Positions 31,063-44,780 of a DNA stretch of 55,050 bases are shown here, piece by piece. A program made the position numbers and the translations under genes. Within the stretch, counting starts at the first letter, position 1. Each line of letters opens with the position of its first letter. Below the pieces are notes generated by a model. That model was not told the DNA's origin. It worked only from the letters and a program-made list of their open reading frames with translations, and searched no databases. Where the stretch lies: assembly GCA_021811325.1 (NCBI GenBank), contig JAJZPE010000005.1:1-55050 (forward strand), in the 5' to 3' direction. The stretch is from Bacillota bacterium (GTDB lineage Bacteria > Bacillota > Sulfobacillia > JAJYWN01 > JAJZPE01).

Positions 31063-32298
31063 TCAGCGACCAACCGGTTCGGACACGCCGATGTTCTCGA
31101 GGGTTTCGATGACCACGTCAACGCTGACTTTTTCATCTTTCGCCGTTGCGGTCGGGTTCACGCCGAGAATCCTCACGCCGGGCGGCACCTTCGTCATGGC
31201 TTGGACGATGGCGTTCTCTCGGGCTTCCTGCTCGGCGACCTCCGGCCCGACTGCCTCTTCGACCAGTTTAACCTGGTGAAACGTCGTCACAATCACTTCG
31301 ACAGGAATCTGTATATTCCTCCACACGGGCAGGGAGCGGCGAACGACCTCCGTGTCGAACTCCTCGAAGGGGACGTCGCCCTGGCCTTTGATTATTATTT
31401 CCTGCCCCCCGATTTTGATGAGGATTCGGGTCGCGGTCTGCCCGGTGGGCTTACGGAGTTGGCGGTTAAGGAGGGCCTCACCGTGGCCGCGATACCACAC
31501 GCGGGCCCGGATGACCCCCATGGCGTGGACCAGCGCCGTCTGAGGGGGTAGCCCCCCGGGGAGCTTCCTCGGCTCGACCAGCCCGAGTTGCTCTTCGGCC
31601 GACAGCCCGATGAGCCCGGAGATGAGGATCTGGCCCTGGCTGACGGTCTGCCCCCGGCGCACCAGAGCCACCCCCTTGAGGGCCATGACCTCGGTGAGCA
31701 GCCCGTTCTTGGCCGCCACGACGTGAGACGGGGTGCCCGCCGGGGGCTCGGCCGGCGGCAAGGTCTTTTCGACGACCTTGATGATCGCCCGCGTGCCGTG
31801 GATTTCCAGGCCGGCCCAGGACACCTCGCGGACCTCGATGACCAGCCCGTTCTGGATGCGCTGGTAGTCGACCGACCGCTTGAGCACCCCGGGCCTGAGC
31901 CCGAGCCTGGCCGCGCCCTGCAGGACGACGTCGGCCGGGAGGGTCTCCAGGCCGCTGACCTCGACCGTCCAGATGAACGAGGACAGGACGTACAGGCCGG
32001 CAAGAAACAAAAAAAACCCTATCACCAGACCCTGGCGCCGGAGGACCAGGTGGGCCCCGAAGGGCAGGCCGTGGCGGCGCTCGATGTGGACCATCACCCG
32101 GGCCTTGCGGGCCAGGTGGTGAAGGTCGCGGAAATAGCGCGCCGGGACGCACATCCGCAGGAGATGGCGCCCCGCCTCGACCTGCCAGACCGGAAGGCCC
32201 TCGTGGATGGCCAGGTTGACCAGCCGTTCGGGGTTCTGCCCCTCGACCCGGAGGGTGAGGTAGCCAATGAGGTAGGCGATGAGCCGGGAGACCAGCAT
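31063..32298 (-). CDS. yqfD: Sporulation protein YqfD
   Basis: GY..LRVEG..PERLVN, GLPF, TM, SSFIW, WAG..I.GT, GQILISG, ENIG; lies between yqfC and phoH. Confidence 0.88.
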   Translation of the reverse strand: MLVSRLIAYLIGYLTLRVEGQNPERLVNLAIHEGLPVWQVEAGRHLLRMCVPARYFRDLHHLARKARVMVHIERRHGLPFGAHLVLRRQGLVIGFFLFLAGLYVLSSFIWTVEVSGLETLPADVVLQGAARLGLRPGVLKRSVDYQRIQNGLVIEVREVSWAGLEIHGTRAIIKVVEKTLPPAEPPAGTPSHVVAAKNGLLTEVMALKGVALVRRGQTVSQGQILISGLIGLSAEEQLGLVEPRKLPGGLPPQTALVHAMGVIRARVWYRGHGEALLNRQLRKPTGQTATRILIKIGGQEIIIKGQGDVPFEEFDTEVVRRSLPVWRNIQIPVEVIVTTFHQVKLVEEAVGPEVAEQEARENAIVQAMTKVPPGVRILGVNPTATAKDEKVSVDVVIETLENIGVSEPVGR

Positions 32299-32345
32299 GG
32301 TCAGGGAGTCCCCCCGGTCGGGCGGCGGGCCGCTCGGCGGCCGCG

Positions 32346-32684
32346 CTACGCCCGGTACTCCAGGCCGGTGAGGCGGCCGAGGATGATCATGTCCTCGGCC
32401 CCCACGGTGCCGATGACCAGGCTTTCCCCGGTGAGCACGAGCTGACCGGCGTCGAGACCGACGCGGACCCGGCCGGGCGAGTACTCGATGAGCCCCCGGT
32501 GGTTCTCGATGACCGCCTGGACGTTGCCGACAAGGACGACGCGGGGCAGGTCGAGGACGACGTCGCTGGGCAGTTCGAGCAGGTTGGCCAGGCGCTGCCG
32601 CACCCGGCGACTGCGGACGCGGTAGCGGGTCAACCTCTCCTCGATGGCCCGGTTCAGCCGCGGCTTCTGCGCCTTGCTCGCCAT
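32346..32684 (-). CDS. yqfC: Sporulation protein YqfC (YabP family)
   Basis: LELPSDVVLDLPRV..G..IENHRGLIEY; directly upstream of yqfD. Confidence 0.88.
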   Translation of the reverse strand: MASKAQKPRLNRAIEERLTRYRVRSRRVRQRLANLLELPSDVVLDLPRVVLVGNVQAVIENHRGLIEYSPGRVRVGLDAGQLVLTGESLVIGTVGAEDMIILGRLTGLEYRA

Positions 32685-32734
32685 CTTCGTACCCCCGCGT
32701 GGGTGACGCCCCTCCGCACGGCCTGGTTCTCTAG

Positions 32735-32764
32735 AGCTTATGCCGGGCCGGGCCGGGCAATGAC
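32735..32764 (-). promoter_or_regulatory. sigE-type promoter of yqfCD
   Basis: GTCATT-N16-CATAAGCT. Confidence 0.6.
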
Positions 32765-32831
32765 CGGGCCGCCTGGGAGGCCTGGGGGGACGGCCCGCCC
32801 CCGGCCGGCGCCGGCGGGCGGCGCCCCACGG

Positions 32832-33281
32832 TCAGGGCAGGAGTTCGCGGACGATCTGGTTGACCAGCTTGCCGTCGGCCCGGCCCTTGACCTTGGGCAT
32901 CAGCGCCCCCATCACCTTGCCCATGTCCTTGCCGTCCCTCGCCCCGACCTGGGCGACGACCTCTCTGGCCAGGGCCCTGATCTCGTCGGCCGACATCTGC
33001 CGGGGCAGGTAGCCGAGGACGATGTTCATCTCCCGCTCGAGGGCGGCCACGGCCTCGGGCCGGTTGGCCTTCTGGTACTCGAGGATGGCGTCGCGGCGCT
33101 GCTTGACCTCGCGCGCCAAGACCTCCAGGACCTCCTCGTCGGACAGCTCGTGACGGCGGTCGATCTCGGCGTACTTGATGGCCGCGCGGGCCAGACGGAT
33201 GACCGACAGCCTCTCCTTGCCGGCCTCGCGGGCCTTCATGGCCTGCTTCATGTCCTCGTTGAGCCGTTCTTTCAAGGTCAC
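32832..33281 (-). CDS. yqeY: GatB/YqeY domain protein
   Basis: LKERLNEDMKQAMKA, KQRRDA, YLPRQMS, DMGKVMG..KGRADG. GTG 33281 follows GGAGG. Confidence 0.93.
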   Translation of the reverse strand: MTLKERLNEDMKQAMKAREAGKERLSVIRLARAAIKYAEIDRRHELSDEEVLEVLAREVKQRRDAILEYQKANRPEAVAALEREMNIVLGYLPRQMSADEIRALAREVVAQVGARDGKDMGKVMGALMPKVKGRADGKLVNQIVRELLP

Positions 33282-33314
33282 CGACGGCACCTCCGTTCTG
33301 CTGATTGTGGTCAT

Positions 33315-33342
33315 AACAAAAGCTGGGCCCGATGGGCCCAGC
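33315..33342 (-). terminator. Intrinsic terminator after rpsU
   Basis: GCTGGGCCC-atc-GGGCCCAGC-TTTTGTT. Confidence 0.8.
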
Positions 33343-33348
33343 CGACGT

Positions 33349-33522
33349 TCAACGGAACCGGCGTTTCCGCGCCGCCTCGGACTTCTTCTTCCGGCGGACG
33401 CTAGGCTTGTCGTAGTGCTCCCTTCGACGGGCCTCAGCGATGACACCAGACTTCTGGCACTGACGCTTGAAGCGACGAAGTGCGCTTTCGAGAGTTTCGT
33501 TTTTGCCAATCTTGACTTCCAC
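33349..33522 (-). CDS. rpsU: 30S ribosomal protein bS21 (not in the supplied ORF track)
   Basis: Hand translation gives [57 protein letters not shown], with a GGAGG RBS. Confidence 0.96.
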   Translation of the reverse strand: MEVKIGKNETLESALRRFKRQCQKSGVIAEARRREHYDKPSVRRKKKSEAARKRRFR

Positions 33523-33616
33523 GATTATCCCTCCCCTCGCCTAAGAGGGTGGGCCTTATTGGCCGGTTTAGAAAATGGTCGTCCGTCTGGGCCAGAGACC
33601 GCGGACAGACAGAAAG

Positions 33617-33646
33617 ATTATACTATGCCGTATTTCGTTATGTCAA
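33617..33646 (-). promoter_or_regulatory. Consensus sigA promoter of rpsU
   Basis: TTGACA-N18-TATAAT. Confidence 0.85.
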
Positions 33647-33699
33647 TCAATAACAGAGAGTCCCTCCGGCGGTCGCGGTGCCGCTCGACGCGCCCCGGT

Positions 33700-34044
33700 C
33701 TAGCCCGGCGGCCAGGCCAGTTTTCGGCCGCCAAGGACGTGGAAATGCAAGTGCTGCACGCTTTGCCCGGCGTCCGGGCCGTAATTGACGACGACGCGAT
33801 AACCGTTCGGCACCAGTCCGACCTTCTTGGCCTGCGTGTTCAGGACGTCGAAGATGTGCCCAAGGAGGTCGGCGTCCCGTTCGGCCAGGTCGCGAAGGGA
33901 AGCGATGTGCTCCTTGGGAATGACCAAGAAATGGATTGGAGCGCCCGGGTTGATGTCCTTGAAGACCTTCACCCGGTCGTCCTCGTATAGCGTGTCGCTC
34001 GGGATTTCCCCCCCCGCCAAGCGGCAGAAGAGACAGTTCTCCAT
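33700..34044 (-). CDS. Histidine triad nucleotide-binding protein
   Basis: CLFC, FKDINPGAPIH.LVIPKEH, GQSVQHLHFH, WPPG. Confidence 0.93.
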   Translation of the reverse strand: MENCLFCRLAGGEIPSDTLYEDDRVKVFKDINPGAPIHFLVIPKEHIASLRDLAERDADLLGHIFDVLNTQAKKVGLVPNGYRVVVNYGPDAGQSVQHLHFHVLGGRKLAWPPG

Positions 34045-34189
34045 GACTTCACCCGTCCTTCGAAGGTGTCCGTTTGTGGGACGGCGGTCGGCCTGTGTCA
34101 GATAGAGTATCGGAAAGGGCCGCCCTATTTATTCGATTCCCGGTGGAACATCCCTCTCTTGGAAGTTTCAAGGGCCGGCGGGTCCGGAT

Positions 34190-35767
34190 TCAGCGGTGGA
34201 CGACCTTGCCGCCGACCACGGTCATCAACACGCGGGTCTCCGGGATGACCTCGGGCGGCTCGCGGAAGATGTCGCGCGAGAGGACCACGACGTCGGCCAG
34301 CTTGCCGGGGGCCAGCGTGCCCCGCAGGCGCTCTTCATACGACGCGTAGGCGGCCCCTTCGGTATAGGCGCGGACGGCCTCCTCGACGGTCAGGCGCTCC
34401 TCGGGGTACCAGGGCCGGCCGGCCGGCTCCTCCTCACGCCGCCGGGTCACGGCCGCGTAGATGCCCTTCAGTGGGTCGATGGACTCGACCGGGGCGTCGG
34501 AGCCGAAGCAGACGTGGGCCCCCGAAGCCAGCAGCGACCGGAAAGGATAGGCCAGGCGCGCGCGGGCGCCCCAGTAACGGTCGGCGATGTAGCGGTCGGA
34601 GGTGGCGTGGATGGGCTGGACCGAGGCGATGACCCCGAGACGGGCGAAGCGCGGCAGGTCTTCGGGGTGCAGGAGCTGGGCGTGCTCGATGCGGTGCCGC
34701 AGCCTGCGGGCGCGGGTGTCGTCGGCCACGGCCTCGTAGGCGTCGAGGACGAGGCGGTTGGCCAGGTCGCCGATGGCGTGGACGGCCATCGACAGACCGT
34801 TTTGGGCGGCCCTGGCCACCAGTTCCCGCATGGCCTCGGGGGTGGTCGTCGGGATGCCGCGGTAACCGGGGCGGTCCTCGTAGTCCGCCATCATGTAGGC
34901 CGTCTGCGAGCCCAGGGCGCCGTCGGCGAAGGCCTTGACCGGCCCCACGCGCAGGTACTCGTCGCCGAACCCGGTCCGCAGGCCGAGGGCGGCCGCCGCC
35001 GGAAGGGCCTCGGCCGGCACCATCATAAAGACGCGGAAGTCGAGCCCGCCAGCCGCCTTCAGCTCCTGGAAGGCGCGGAAGGACTCGGCCCCCTCGGGGC
35101 AGTGGACGCCGACGAGCCCAAGGGTCTGAGCTTCGTGGACGCCTCGCCTCAGGAGTCGCCCATGGTCTTCGGGGGTGCGCGCCGGGACATGGCGGTAGAC
35201 CAGCCCCTGGGCGAACTCGAAGAGGATGCCCGCGGGCTCGCCGTCCTCGCCGCGCTGGAGGGCGCCGTTGGGTGGGTCCTCGGTCGCGCCGGTCACGCCG
35301 GCGATGGCCAGCGCCTTCGAGTTGACCCACAGGGCGTGCCCGTCCTTGCTGCTGAGGGCGACGGGCCGGTCGGACACGGCGCGGTCGAGGTCGTGGCGGG
35401 TCGGGAAGCCGCCCCAGAGGTTCTTGTTCCAACCGCCCCCGGTGACCCAGCCACCGGGCGCCGCCGCGGCCGCCCCGTCCTTCACGCGGCGCAAGGCCTC
35501 CTCGAGGGTCGCCACGCCCTCCAGGTCGACCTCCTCGAAGCGCTCGCAGAAGGACAGGAAGTGGGCGTGGCAGTCGGTGAAGCCGGGTAGCGCCGTCCGG
35601 CCTTCGAGGTCGATGACCTCGTCGGCCGCGCCCTTGAGCCCGAGGACCTCGTGGTCCTCGCCGGCGACGACGACCCGGCCGCCGGCCGCGGCGAGGGCCG
35701 TCACCACTGGTTTGTGCGTATCCAGCGTGTGAATCCGGCCGTTGACGAAGAGGGTCTTCTTGGGCAT
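34190..35767 (-). CDS. Amidohydrolase (YtcJ-like, amidohydrolase_3)
   Basis: PGFTDCHAH, DGH..WVNS, K.FADGALGS.TA, HAIGD.AN, RHRIEHAQ, GSDAPV, G.L.PGKLAD. ATG 35767 follows AGGAGG. Confidence 0.9.
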   Translation of the reverse strand: MPKKTLFVNGRIHTLDTHKPVVTALAAAGGRVVVAGEDHEVLGLKGAADEVIDLEGRTALPGFTDCHAHFLSFCERFEEVDLEGVATLEEALRRVKDGAAAAAPGGWVTGGGWNKNLWGGFPTRHDLDRAVSDRPVALSSKDGHALWVNSKALAIAGVTGATEDPPNGALQRGEDGEPAGILFEFAQGLVYRHVPARTPEDHGRLLRRGVHEAQTLGLVGVHCPEGAESFRAFQELKAAGGLDFRVFMMVPAEALPAAAALGLRTGFGDEYLRVGPVKAFADGALGSQTAYMMADYEDRPGYRGIPTTTPEAMRELVARAAQNGLSMAVHAIGDLANRLVLDAYEAVADDTRARRLRHRIEHAQLLHPEDLPRFARLGVIASVQPIHATSDRYIADRYWGARARLAYPFRSLLASGAHVCFGSDAPVESIDPLKGIYAAVTRRREEEPAGRPWYPEERLTVEEAVRAYTEGAAYASYEERLRGTLAPGKLADVVVLSRDIFREPPEVIPETRVLMTVVGGKVVHR

Positions 35768-35778
35768 CCGACGGCCTC

Positions 35779-36906
35779 CTAGGGGGCCTGCGGTCGGGGT
35801 GTCTTTGACGGCGGGGGACACCCGCGCTCGTGGTGGATGCAGTCGCGGCAACCGGAGCAGACCCTGATCTCGTCCTCGAGCCCGGCCGCGGCCTTGCGAA
35901 CCCAGAGCGGGTCGGCCAGGAGGGCACGGCCGATGGCGACCAGGTCGGCCGTCCCGGTCTCGATTATCTTCCGGGCGACGGCGGGGCGAAGGACGTGGCC
36001 GACGGCGATGACCGGCGCCCTCAGGCCGTTGACCGTCAGCACTTGCTTGACGCCGCGGGCCAGGAGGACGGTGGAACTCGGGTCGTCGCCGGGGCCCTCG
36101 GGCGGGGCGTGGCCGCCGGGGACGCCGGCCGAGACGTGGATGAAGTCGGCCCCGCTCTCGACCAGGCGGCGGGCGATGACGGCGCTCTCGGCCAGGGTGT
36201 GGCCCCCAGGGACGTGCTCGTCGGCGCTAATCCTCAGGCCCACCGGGAAGTCGGGTCCGACGGCCTCACGCACGGCCGCCAGGACTTCCAGGGGGAAGCG
36301 CAGGCGGCCCTCGAGGCTTCCGCCGTATTCATCGGCGCGGTAGTTGGAGAACGGCGAGAGGAACTGGTTCAGCAGGTAGCCATGGGCCGCGTGGAGTTCG
36401 ACGGCGTCGAAGCCCGCGGCCACGGCCCGCCGGGCGGCCCGGGCGAAGTCCTGGACGAGGGCGCGGATCTCGGCCGCGGCCAGTTCGCGCGGCTTCGAGA
36501 GGGGCAGGGTCGGAGAGGGGATGGGCGACGGGGCGACGAGGTCGGCGCCGGTCCGCGCCCCGAAGGACGACTGGCGGCCGGCGTGATGGAGCTGGACGGC
36601 GACCTTGGCGCCGGTCCCGTGGACCCGCTCGGTCAGGTAGCGCAGGCCGTGGAGCTGTCCGTCGTCCCAGATCCCGAGTTGGTTCGCCCCCAGGCGGCCG
36701 TTCCTGGTGATGGCCGTGGCCTCGATGGTGATCAGCCCCACGCCGCCGTCGGCCCGCTCACCGTAGTAGCTGATGAGCCGTAGGGTGACCTCCCCGTCTT
36801 CGGTGGCGTAGTCGCTGACCATCGGCGCCATGACCACGCGGTTCCTCAACCTGACCCCGCGGAGCTGGAATGGATCGAACAGCGACGGCAACGACAACGG
36901 CTCCAC
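35779..36906 (-). CDS. NADH:flavin oxidoreductase (OYE-like TIM barrel) with C-terminal Cys cluster
   Basis: LRNRVVMAPM, QLHHAGR, GFDAVELHAAHGYLLNQFLSP, DEYGGS, GRALLADP, CSGCRDC..C. Confidence 0.9.
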   Translation of the reverse strand: MEPLSLPSLFDPFQLRGVRLRNRVVMAPMVSDYATEDGEVTLRLISYYGERADGGVGLITIEATAITRNGRLGANQLGIWDDGQLHGLRYLTERVHGTGAKVAVQLHHAGRQSSFGARTGADLVAPSPIPSPTLPLSKPRELAAAEIRALVQDFARAARRAVAAGFDAVELHAAHGYLLNQFLSPFSNYRADEYGGSLEGRLRFPLEVLAAVREAVGPDFPVGLRISADEHVPGGHTLAESAVIARRLVESGADFIHVSAGVPGGHAPPEGPGDDPSSTVLLARGVKQVLTVNGLRAPVIAVGHVLRPAVARKIIETGTADLVAIGRALLADPLWVRKAAAGLEDEIRVCSGCRDCIHHERGCPPPSKTPRPQAP

Positions 36907-37055
36907 CTCGCCTTGATGATTCGCGGTCAGGACGGGCGCGCCCTGCCGGTAGTGCCACTTTGCGGTCGGCTGAAGACGCCCCCGAAACGGGAAGGATAGG
37001 AGCGGACGCGACCGGACGAGGCCGGCCGCGAGTCGGCGAGATAAGGGGTGGAGAG

Positions 37056-37526
37056 ATGGAGATGGAGACGGCGACTGTCGAGCCGCTCAAACTGGATGTC
37101 CGCGCGCATTGGGAAGGGCAGGCCAAGACGGCCGTGTATGTCCGCGACTTCCCGCCGCTCTTCATGGACGAACCACCGGCCATGGGCGGCGGGGACGCCG
37201 GGCCGAGCCCCATGGAATACGTCCTGGCGGCCCTCTGCGGCTGTACCGCCATCATCATCAAGATGGTCGCCGGGGAGATCGGGGTGGCCGTCACGGGTAT
37301 CGAGATATCCGCCAAGGGCACCATCGACCCCCGCGGCTTCAAGGGCAGCCCCAGGGTCAGCGAGCATTTCCAGCAGGTCATCGAACGGGTGAGCCTGACC
37401 ACCGACGCCCCGCCGGAACGCCTCGAAGCGCTCCGTGAGGCCTGGAGGGACCGCTGCCCGGCCTACAACCTCTTGAAGGACGCGGGCATCCGGATGGACG
37501 TCGAATGGGACATCCGTCGGCCGTGA
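37056..37526 (+). CDS. OsmC/Ohr family protein
   Basis: DEPPAMGG.DAGPSPMEYVLAALCGC ... RCPAYN (two-Cys pattern). Confidence 0.88.
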   Translation: MEMETATVEPLKLDVRAHWEGQAKTAVYVRDFPPLFMDEPPAMGGGDAGPSPMEYVLAALCGCTAIIIKMVAGEIGVAVTGIEISAKGTIDPRGFKGSPRVSEHFQQVIERVSLTTDAPPERLEALREAWRDRCPAYNLLKDAGIRMDVEWDIRRP

Positions 37527-37599
37527 CAGGACAGCCGCCCCTGGGACCAGCAGTTCCCTGAGGCGGCCGGAGACGAACGGGCTTGGGAAGCATATCGCG

Positions 37600-38766
37600 T
37601 CACTCCGCCCGGTACGCCGTCTCGCTGCGGTTCTTGTCGGCGTGCCGGTCGACGGCCAACTCGATGAGACGGTTGATGAGGTCGGGGTAGGACAGGCCGC
37701 TGGCCTCCCAGAGCTTCGGGTACATGCTTATCTTGGTGAACCCGGGGATGGTGTTGACCTCGTTGATGTAGAGCACGTCGGTGCCGCGTTCCAGGAAGAA
37801 GTCGGCCCGGGCCATGCCCGCCCCGTCGATGGCCTTGAAGGCCTCGACGGCCAGCCGTCTGACCTCGGCGGCGACACCCGGCGGCAGGTCGGCCGGGATC
37901 TTCAGCTCCGAACGTTCATCGATGTACTTGGCGTCGTAGTCGTAGAACTCGTTGCAAGGGACGATCTCGCCGGGGATCGAGGCCACGGGGTCGTCGTTGC
38001 CGAGGACGCTGCACTCGATCTCGCGGGCGTCGACGGCCTTCTCGGCCAGGATCCGCCGGTCGTAACGGGCGGCCAGGGCCATGGCCCGATACAGCTCGTC
38101 GTGGTCGTGCGCCTTGCTTATCCCGACGCTCGACCCCAGGTTGGCGGGCTTGACGAAGACCGGGTAGCCGAACTTGACCTCGATTTCCCGGACCACCGCG
38201 TCCGGCCGCTGCTCCCACTCGCGGCGAAGACAGACCAGATAGTCGACGATGGGCAGGCCGCGTTCGCGCCAGATGGCCTTGGCCATCGCCTTGTCCATGC
38301 CGACCGCCGAGGCCAGGACGCCCGCCCCGACATAGGGGAGGTTGGCCAGTTCGAGCAGGCCCTGTACCGTGCCGTCTTCGCCATAGGGCCCGTGGAGGAC
38401 CGGGAAGACCACGTCGACGGACACCGAGACCGTGCCGGCACCCGCCGCGCCTTCGACCGCTCCGCCCGGGCCGGCCGCAGCGGGGACCATGGCCCCGCCC
38501 GTCTCGGACAGCTTGACCAGGGCCGGTTTCCCGGGGTCGGTGAGGAAGGCCAGGGGCGTCCCCGGCGCCTCTTCGATGCCGGCCCGCAGGGCCTTCAACG
38601 GGTCCCCGGAAAGGAGCCACCTGCCGGAGCGGGTAATCCCGATGGGGACCACCTCGTACTTGCTCTTGTCGATGGCGCTGATGATCGAAGAAGCCGACAT
38701 CAGTGAGACCTCGTGCTCCCCTGAACGGCCTCCGAAGATGACGCCGACCCTGATCTTTCTGCTCAA
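37600..38766 (-). CDS. ddl: D-alanine-D-alanine ligase
   Basis: [51 protein letters not shown]. Confidence 0.95.
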   Translation of the reverse strand: MSRKIRVGVIFGGRSGEHEVSLMSASSIISAIDKSKYEVVPIGITRSGRWLLSGDPLKALRAGIEEAPGTPLAFLTDPGKPALVKLSETGGAMVPAAAGPGGAVEGAAGAGTVSVSVDVVFPVLHGPYGEDGTVQGLLELANLPYVGAGVLASAVGMDKAMAKAIWRERGLPIVDYLVCLRREWEQRPDAVVREIEVKFGYPVFVKPANLGSSVGISKAHDHDELYRAMALAARYDRRILAEKAVDAREIECSVLGNDDPVASIPGEIVPCNEFYDYDAKYIDERSELKIPADLPPGVAAEVRRLAVEAFKAIDGAGMARADFFLERGTDVLYINEVNTIPGFTKISMYPKLWEASGLSYPDLINRLIELAVDRHADKNRSETAYRAE

Positions 38767-38909
38767 AAGGGTTTACCTCCCCATCCAAGCGCAAAAAACA
38801 GTACTAGACTATTCAACGGGGAAAAAGCTTATCCCTTTAGGGCAGCGCGGGAGACAGCGAAGCGCCGGGGCATCGCGCCCCGGCGCCGTCGTTCCTGCTC
38901 CCATCCCGG

Positions 38910-40796
38910 TCAGAGCTTGAACCGGCCGACCAGGCCCTGCAGGCGCGTGGCCATGTTGGCCAACGATTGGACCGAGGCCACGATCTCCTCCACCGAGGCG
39001 TTCATCTCTTCGGTCGAGGCTGAGACTTCCTCGGAGGCCGCGGCGTTCTCCTGGGAGACGGCGGCAGCCTTGGCCACGGCGTCCGCGGCCCGGCTCGAGG
39101 AGGCCGCCATCTGTTCGGTCGCGGCGCTGTTCTCCTCGGTCACCGAGGCCACCTTGTCGACCGACCTGACCACTTCCAGGCTGCTGTTGCCGGCCTGGGC
39201 GGCGGCCTCGACGATGCCCTTGATGCGGGAGACGGTCTCGTCGACGGTCGAGAAGATGAGGTCAAGTGCCTGGCCGGCCTGGGCGGCGAGGGTGACGCCC
39301 TTCTCGACGTCGGCGGTCCCGGCGTTCATCGCTTTGATCGCGCCCTCGGTGCCTTGCTGCATGTGGCCGATGAGGTCGCCGATCTCGCGGGTCGCCCGCG
39401 AGGAACGCTCAGCAAGCTTGCGCACTTCCTCGGCGACGACGGCGAAGCCCTTGCCGGCCTCGCCCGCCCGGGCCGCCTCGATCGCCGCGTTCAGGGCCAG
39501 GAGGTTGGTCTGGCCGGCGATGTCGTCGATGACCTGGATGATCTGGCCGATCTGGCTGGAGTTGTGGCCGAGTTCCTTGATCCGTTCGGCGGTCTCGAAG
39601 ACCGTCTTCTTGATCTGCTCCATCCCGCCGATGGCCGCCCGGACGGTCTCCCCGCCGGTCTGCGCCGACTCGGCGGTGGCCCGGGCCGACTGCTCCAATT
39701 CACCGGCCGTGTGCCGGATATGCTCGACCGCGTCGGCCATGCGCTGGACGTCCACCGAGGCGTCGCTGGTCGCCCTGGCCTGTTCCTGGGCACCCTTGGC
39801 GATCTGGTCGATGGTCTCTTTCAATTGAGTGACGCCGGTCGCTGTGTCGCTCAGGTTCCGCGCTTGCTCGGCGGCCCCGCCGGCGATGCCGGTGACGGCC
39901 GTCGTGACCTGTCCGACCGCCTGTCCGACCTGGGCGCTCGAGGCCGACAGCTCCTCGCCCGTCGACGCGACCTCCTCGGCCGTGCGGGCGATTTCGGCGA
40001 CGACCTCCCCCAGGCTCTGGGCCATGTTGTTGAAGGCCCGGGCGAGGTCGGAGAGCTCGTCCCCGCCCCCCGCCTTGAGCTCCTTGACGGTGAGGTCCCC
40101 GTCGGCCAGCCGGAGCACGTTCGAGGCGATGGCGACCACCGGCCGGCTGATGCCCCTGGAGATGTTCAGGGCCAGGACCAGGCCGATGATGATGGCCGCG
40201 GCGCCGGCCCCCACGGAGACGGCCACGGCCTCGCCGTATGAACGCGCGGCCACCAGCCGGTCGCCGGTGGCCTCCTGGTCATGCATCGACAGGAGCTTCT
40301 CGACATCCTGGTCGGCCCCGGCGAAAGCCCGGGCGCCCTCGGTGTTGAGGTAGGCCGTCGCCTGGGCGGCGGTGCGCCCCTGGCGGGCCAGCTCCATGAA
40401 CCGGTCGTGGACCGTCAGGTAAGCGCTCACGCTGCCGCTGAGGTCCTTGAAGGCCGCCCGTTCCGGGCCGTCTTTCGGCAGCCCCTGGTCGACGGCGGCG
40501 AGGGCGGCGGCCAGATCGGCCGTGGCCTGGTCGATGGCCTCGGCCTCCCGGGCCCGGCCGGCGGCGTCCGGGCTGAGGGCGTAGGCGAGTTCATGGCGGT
40601 TGAGATCGGCCAGGCCGGCGTTGACCTGCCCCAGGTGTTGCCCACTCGGCAGCAGGTCGTCACTGAAGTTGACGACCTCCCGGTTGACCTTGTTGAGCAT
40701 GCCGAGGCCGATGGCCACGACCACCGCCATGAGGACAAGGACCACCCCGAAGCCTCCGGTTATCTTGGCCCCGAGCTTAAGTCGCAGCTTGAACAT
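38910..40796 (-). CDS. Methyl-accepting chemotaxis protein (two TM, four-helix sensor, HAMP)
   Basis: [51 protein letters not shown]. Confidence 0.95.
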   Translation of the reverse strand: MFKLRLKLGAKITGGFGVVLVLMAVVVAIGLGMLNKVNREVVNFSDDLLPSGQHLGQVNAGLADLNRHELAYALSPDAAGRAREAEAIDQATADLAAALAAVDQGLPKDGPERAAFKDLSGSVSAYLTVHDRFMELARQGRTAAQATAYLNTEGARAFAGADQDVEKLLSMHDQEATGDRLVAARSYGEAVAVSVGAGAAAIIIGLVLALNISRGISRPVVAIASNVLRLADGDLTVKELKAGGGDELSDLARAFNNMAQSLGEVVAEIARTAEEVASTGEELSASSAQVGQAVGQVTTAVTGIAGGAAEQARNLSDTATGVTQLKETIDQIAKGAQEQARATSDASVDVQRMADAVEHIRHTAGELEQSARATAESAQTGGETVRAAIGGMEQIKKTVFETAERIKELGHNSSQIGQIIQVIDDIAGQTNLLALNAAIEAARAGEAGKGFAVVAEEVRKLAERSSRATREIGDLIGHMQQGTEGAIKAMNAGTADVEKGVTLAAQAGQALDLIFSTVDETVSRIKGIVEAAAQAGNSSLEVVRSVDKVASVTEENSAATEQMAASSSRAADAVAKAAAVSQENAAASEEVSASTEEMNASVEEIVASVQSLANMATRLQGLVGRFKL

Positions 40797-40886
40797 CTTT
40801 CCTTCACCTTTCCTCCAGATCTGACCTCGTTGGGTTCGGCGGGACGGGTGTTGGGAATGACGGTCTTGGTGGCTCTCATACCCTGA

Positions 40887-40915
40887 TTATCGGAGCGTGG
40901 GGCGCTTTTCTATAG
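40887..40915 (-). promoter_or_regulatory. sigD (sigma28)-type promoter of the MCP gene
   Basis: CTATA-N16-TCCGATAA. Confidence 0.7.
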
Positions 40916-40940
40916 ACCGAAACGCAAATCAGGCCCTAAA

Positions 40941-40975
40941 TAAAAAAGAAGCCCCGGGGAAACCCTGAGGCTTTT
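40941..40975 (-). terminator. Intrinsic terminator ending the hrcA operon
   Basis: AAGCCTCAGGG-ttt-CCCCGGGGCTT-CTTTTTTA. Confidence 0.8.
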
Positions 40976-40983
40976 GGGGTGGT

Positions 40984-44483
<3,500 letters not shown>

Positions 44484-44500
44484 TCAAGTGGTGGCCGCCG

Positions 44501-44749
44501 TCACAGGCCGGCCAGGACCCGCCGGGTCACGGTCACGTCGAGGTGGCGCGGCCCCGCGGCGTCGGAGATGATGCAGGGGAGGTTGACGTTGGTCACCGGC
44601 CGCCGTTCGAGGTCGGCCAGCACCCGCCGGGCGGCGTCGAGCAGCTGGCCCCAGGCGCGCCGGTCGCCCCGCAGGTCGATGCCCTCGCGGGCCTGGAACT
44701 CGCCGGCCAGGTAGGCGGCGACCGCCTCGAGGCTGGGCCCCTCGCTCAC
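44501..44749 (-). CDS. 82-aa protein equivalent to DnaK/Hsp70 nucleotide-binding subdomain IIB only
   Basis: GAGGAGGT-N7-GTG start. YLAGEFQAREGIDLRGD..LLDAA..NVNLPCI..DAAGPRHLDVTVTR aligns by eye with the DnaK pattern L..EFK...GIDL..D..L..AA..INLP.I..D..GP.HL...LTR. Located between the chaperonin and dnaJ. Confidence 0.75.
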   Translation of the reverse strand: MSEGPSLEAVAAYLAGEFQAREGIDLRGDRRAWGQLLDAARRVLADLERRPVTNVNLPCIISDAAGPRHLDVTVTRRVLAGL

Positions 44750-44780
44750 ACCCAAGACCTCCTCGAGCCCTTCGCCGGTG

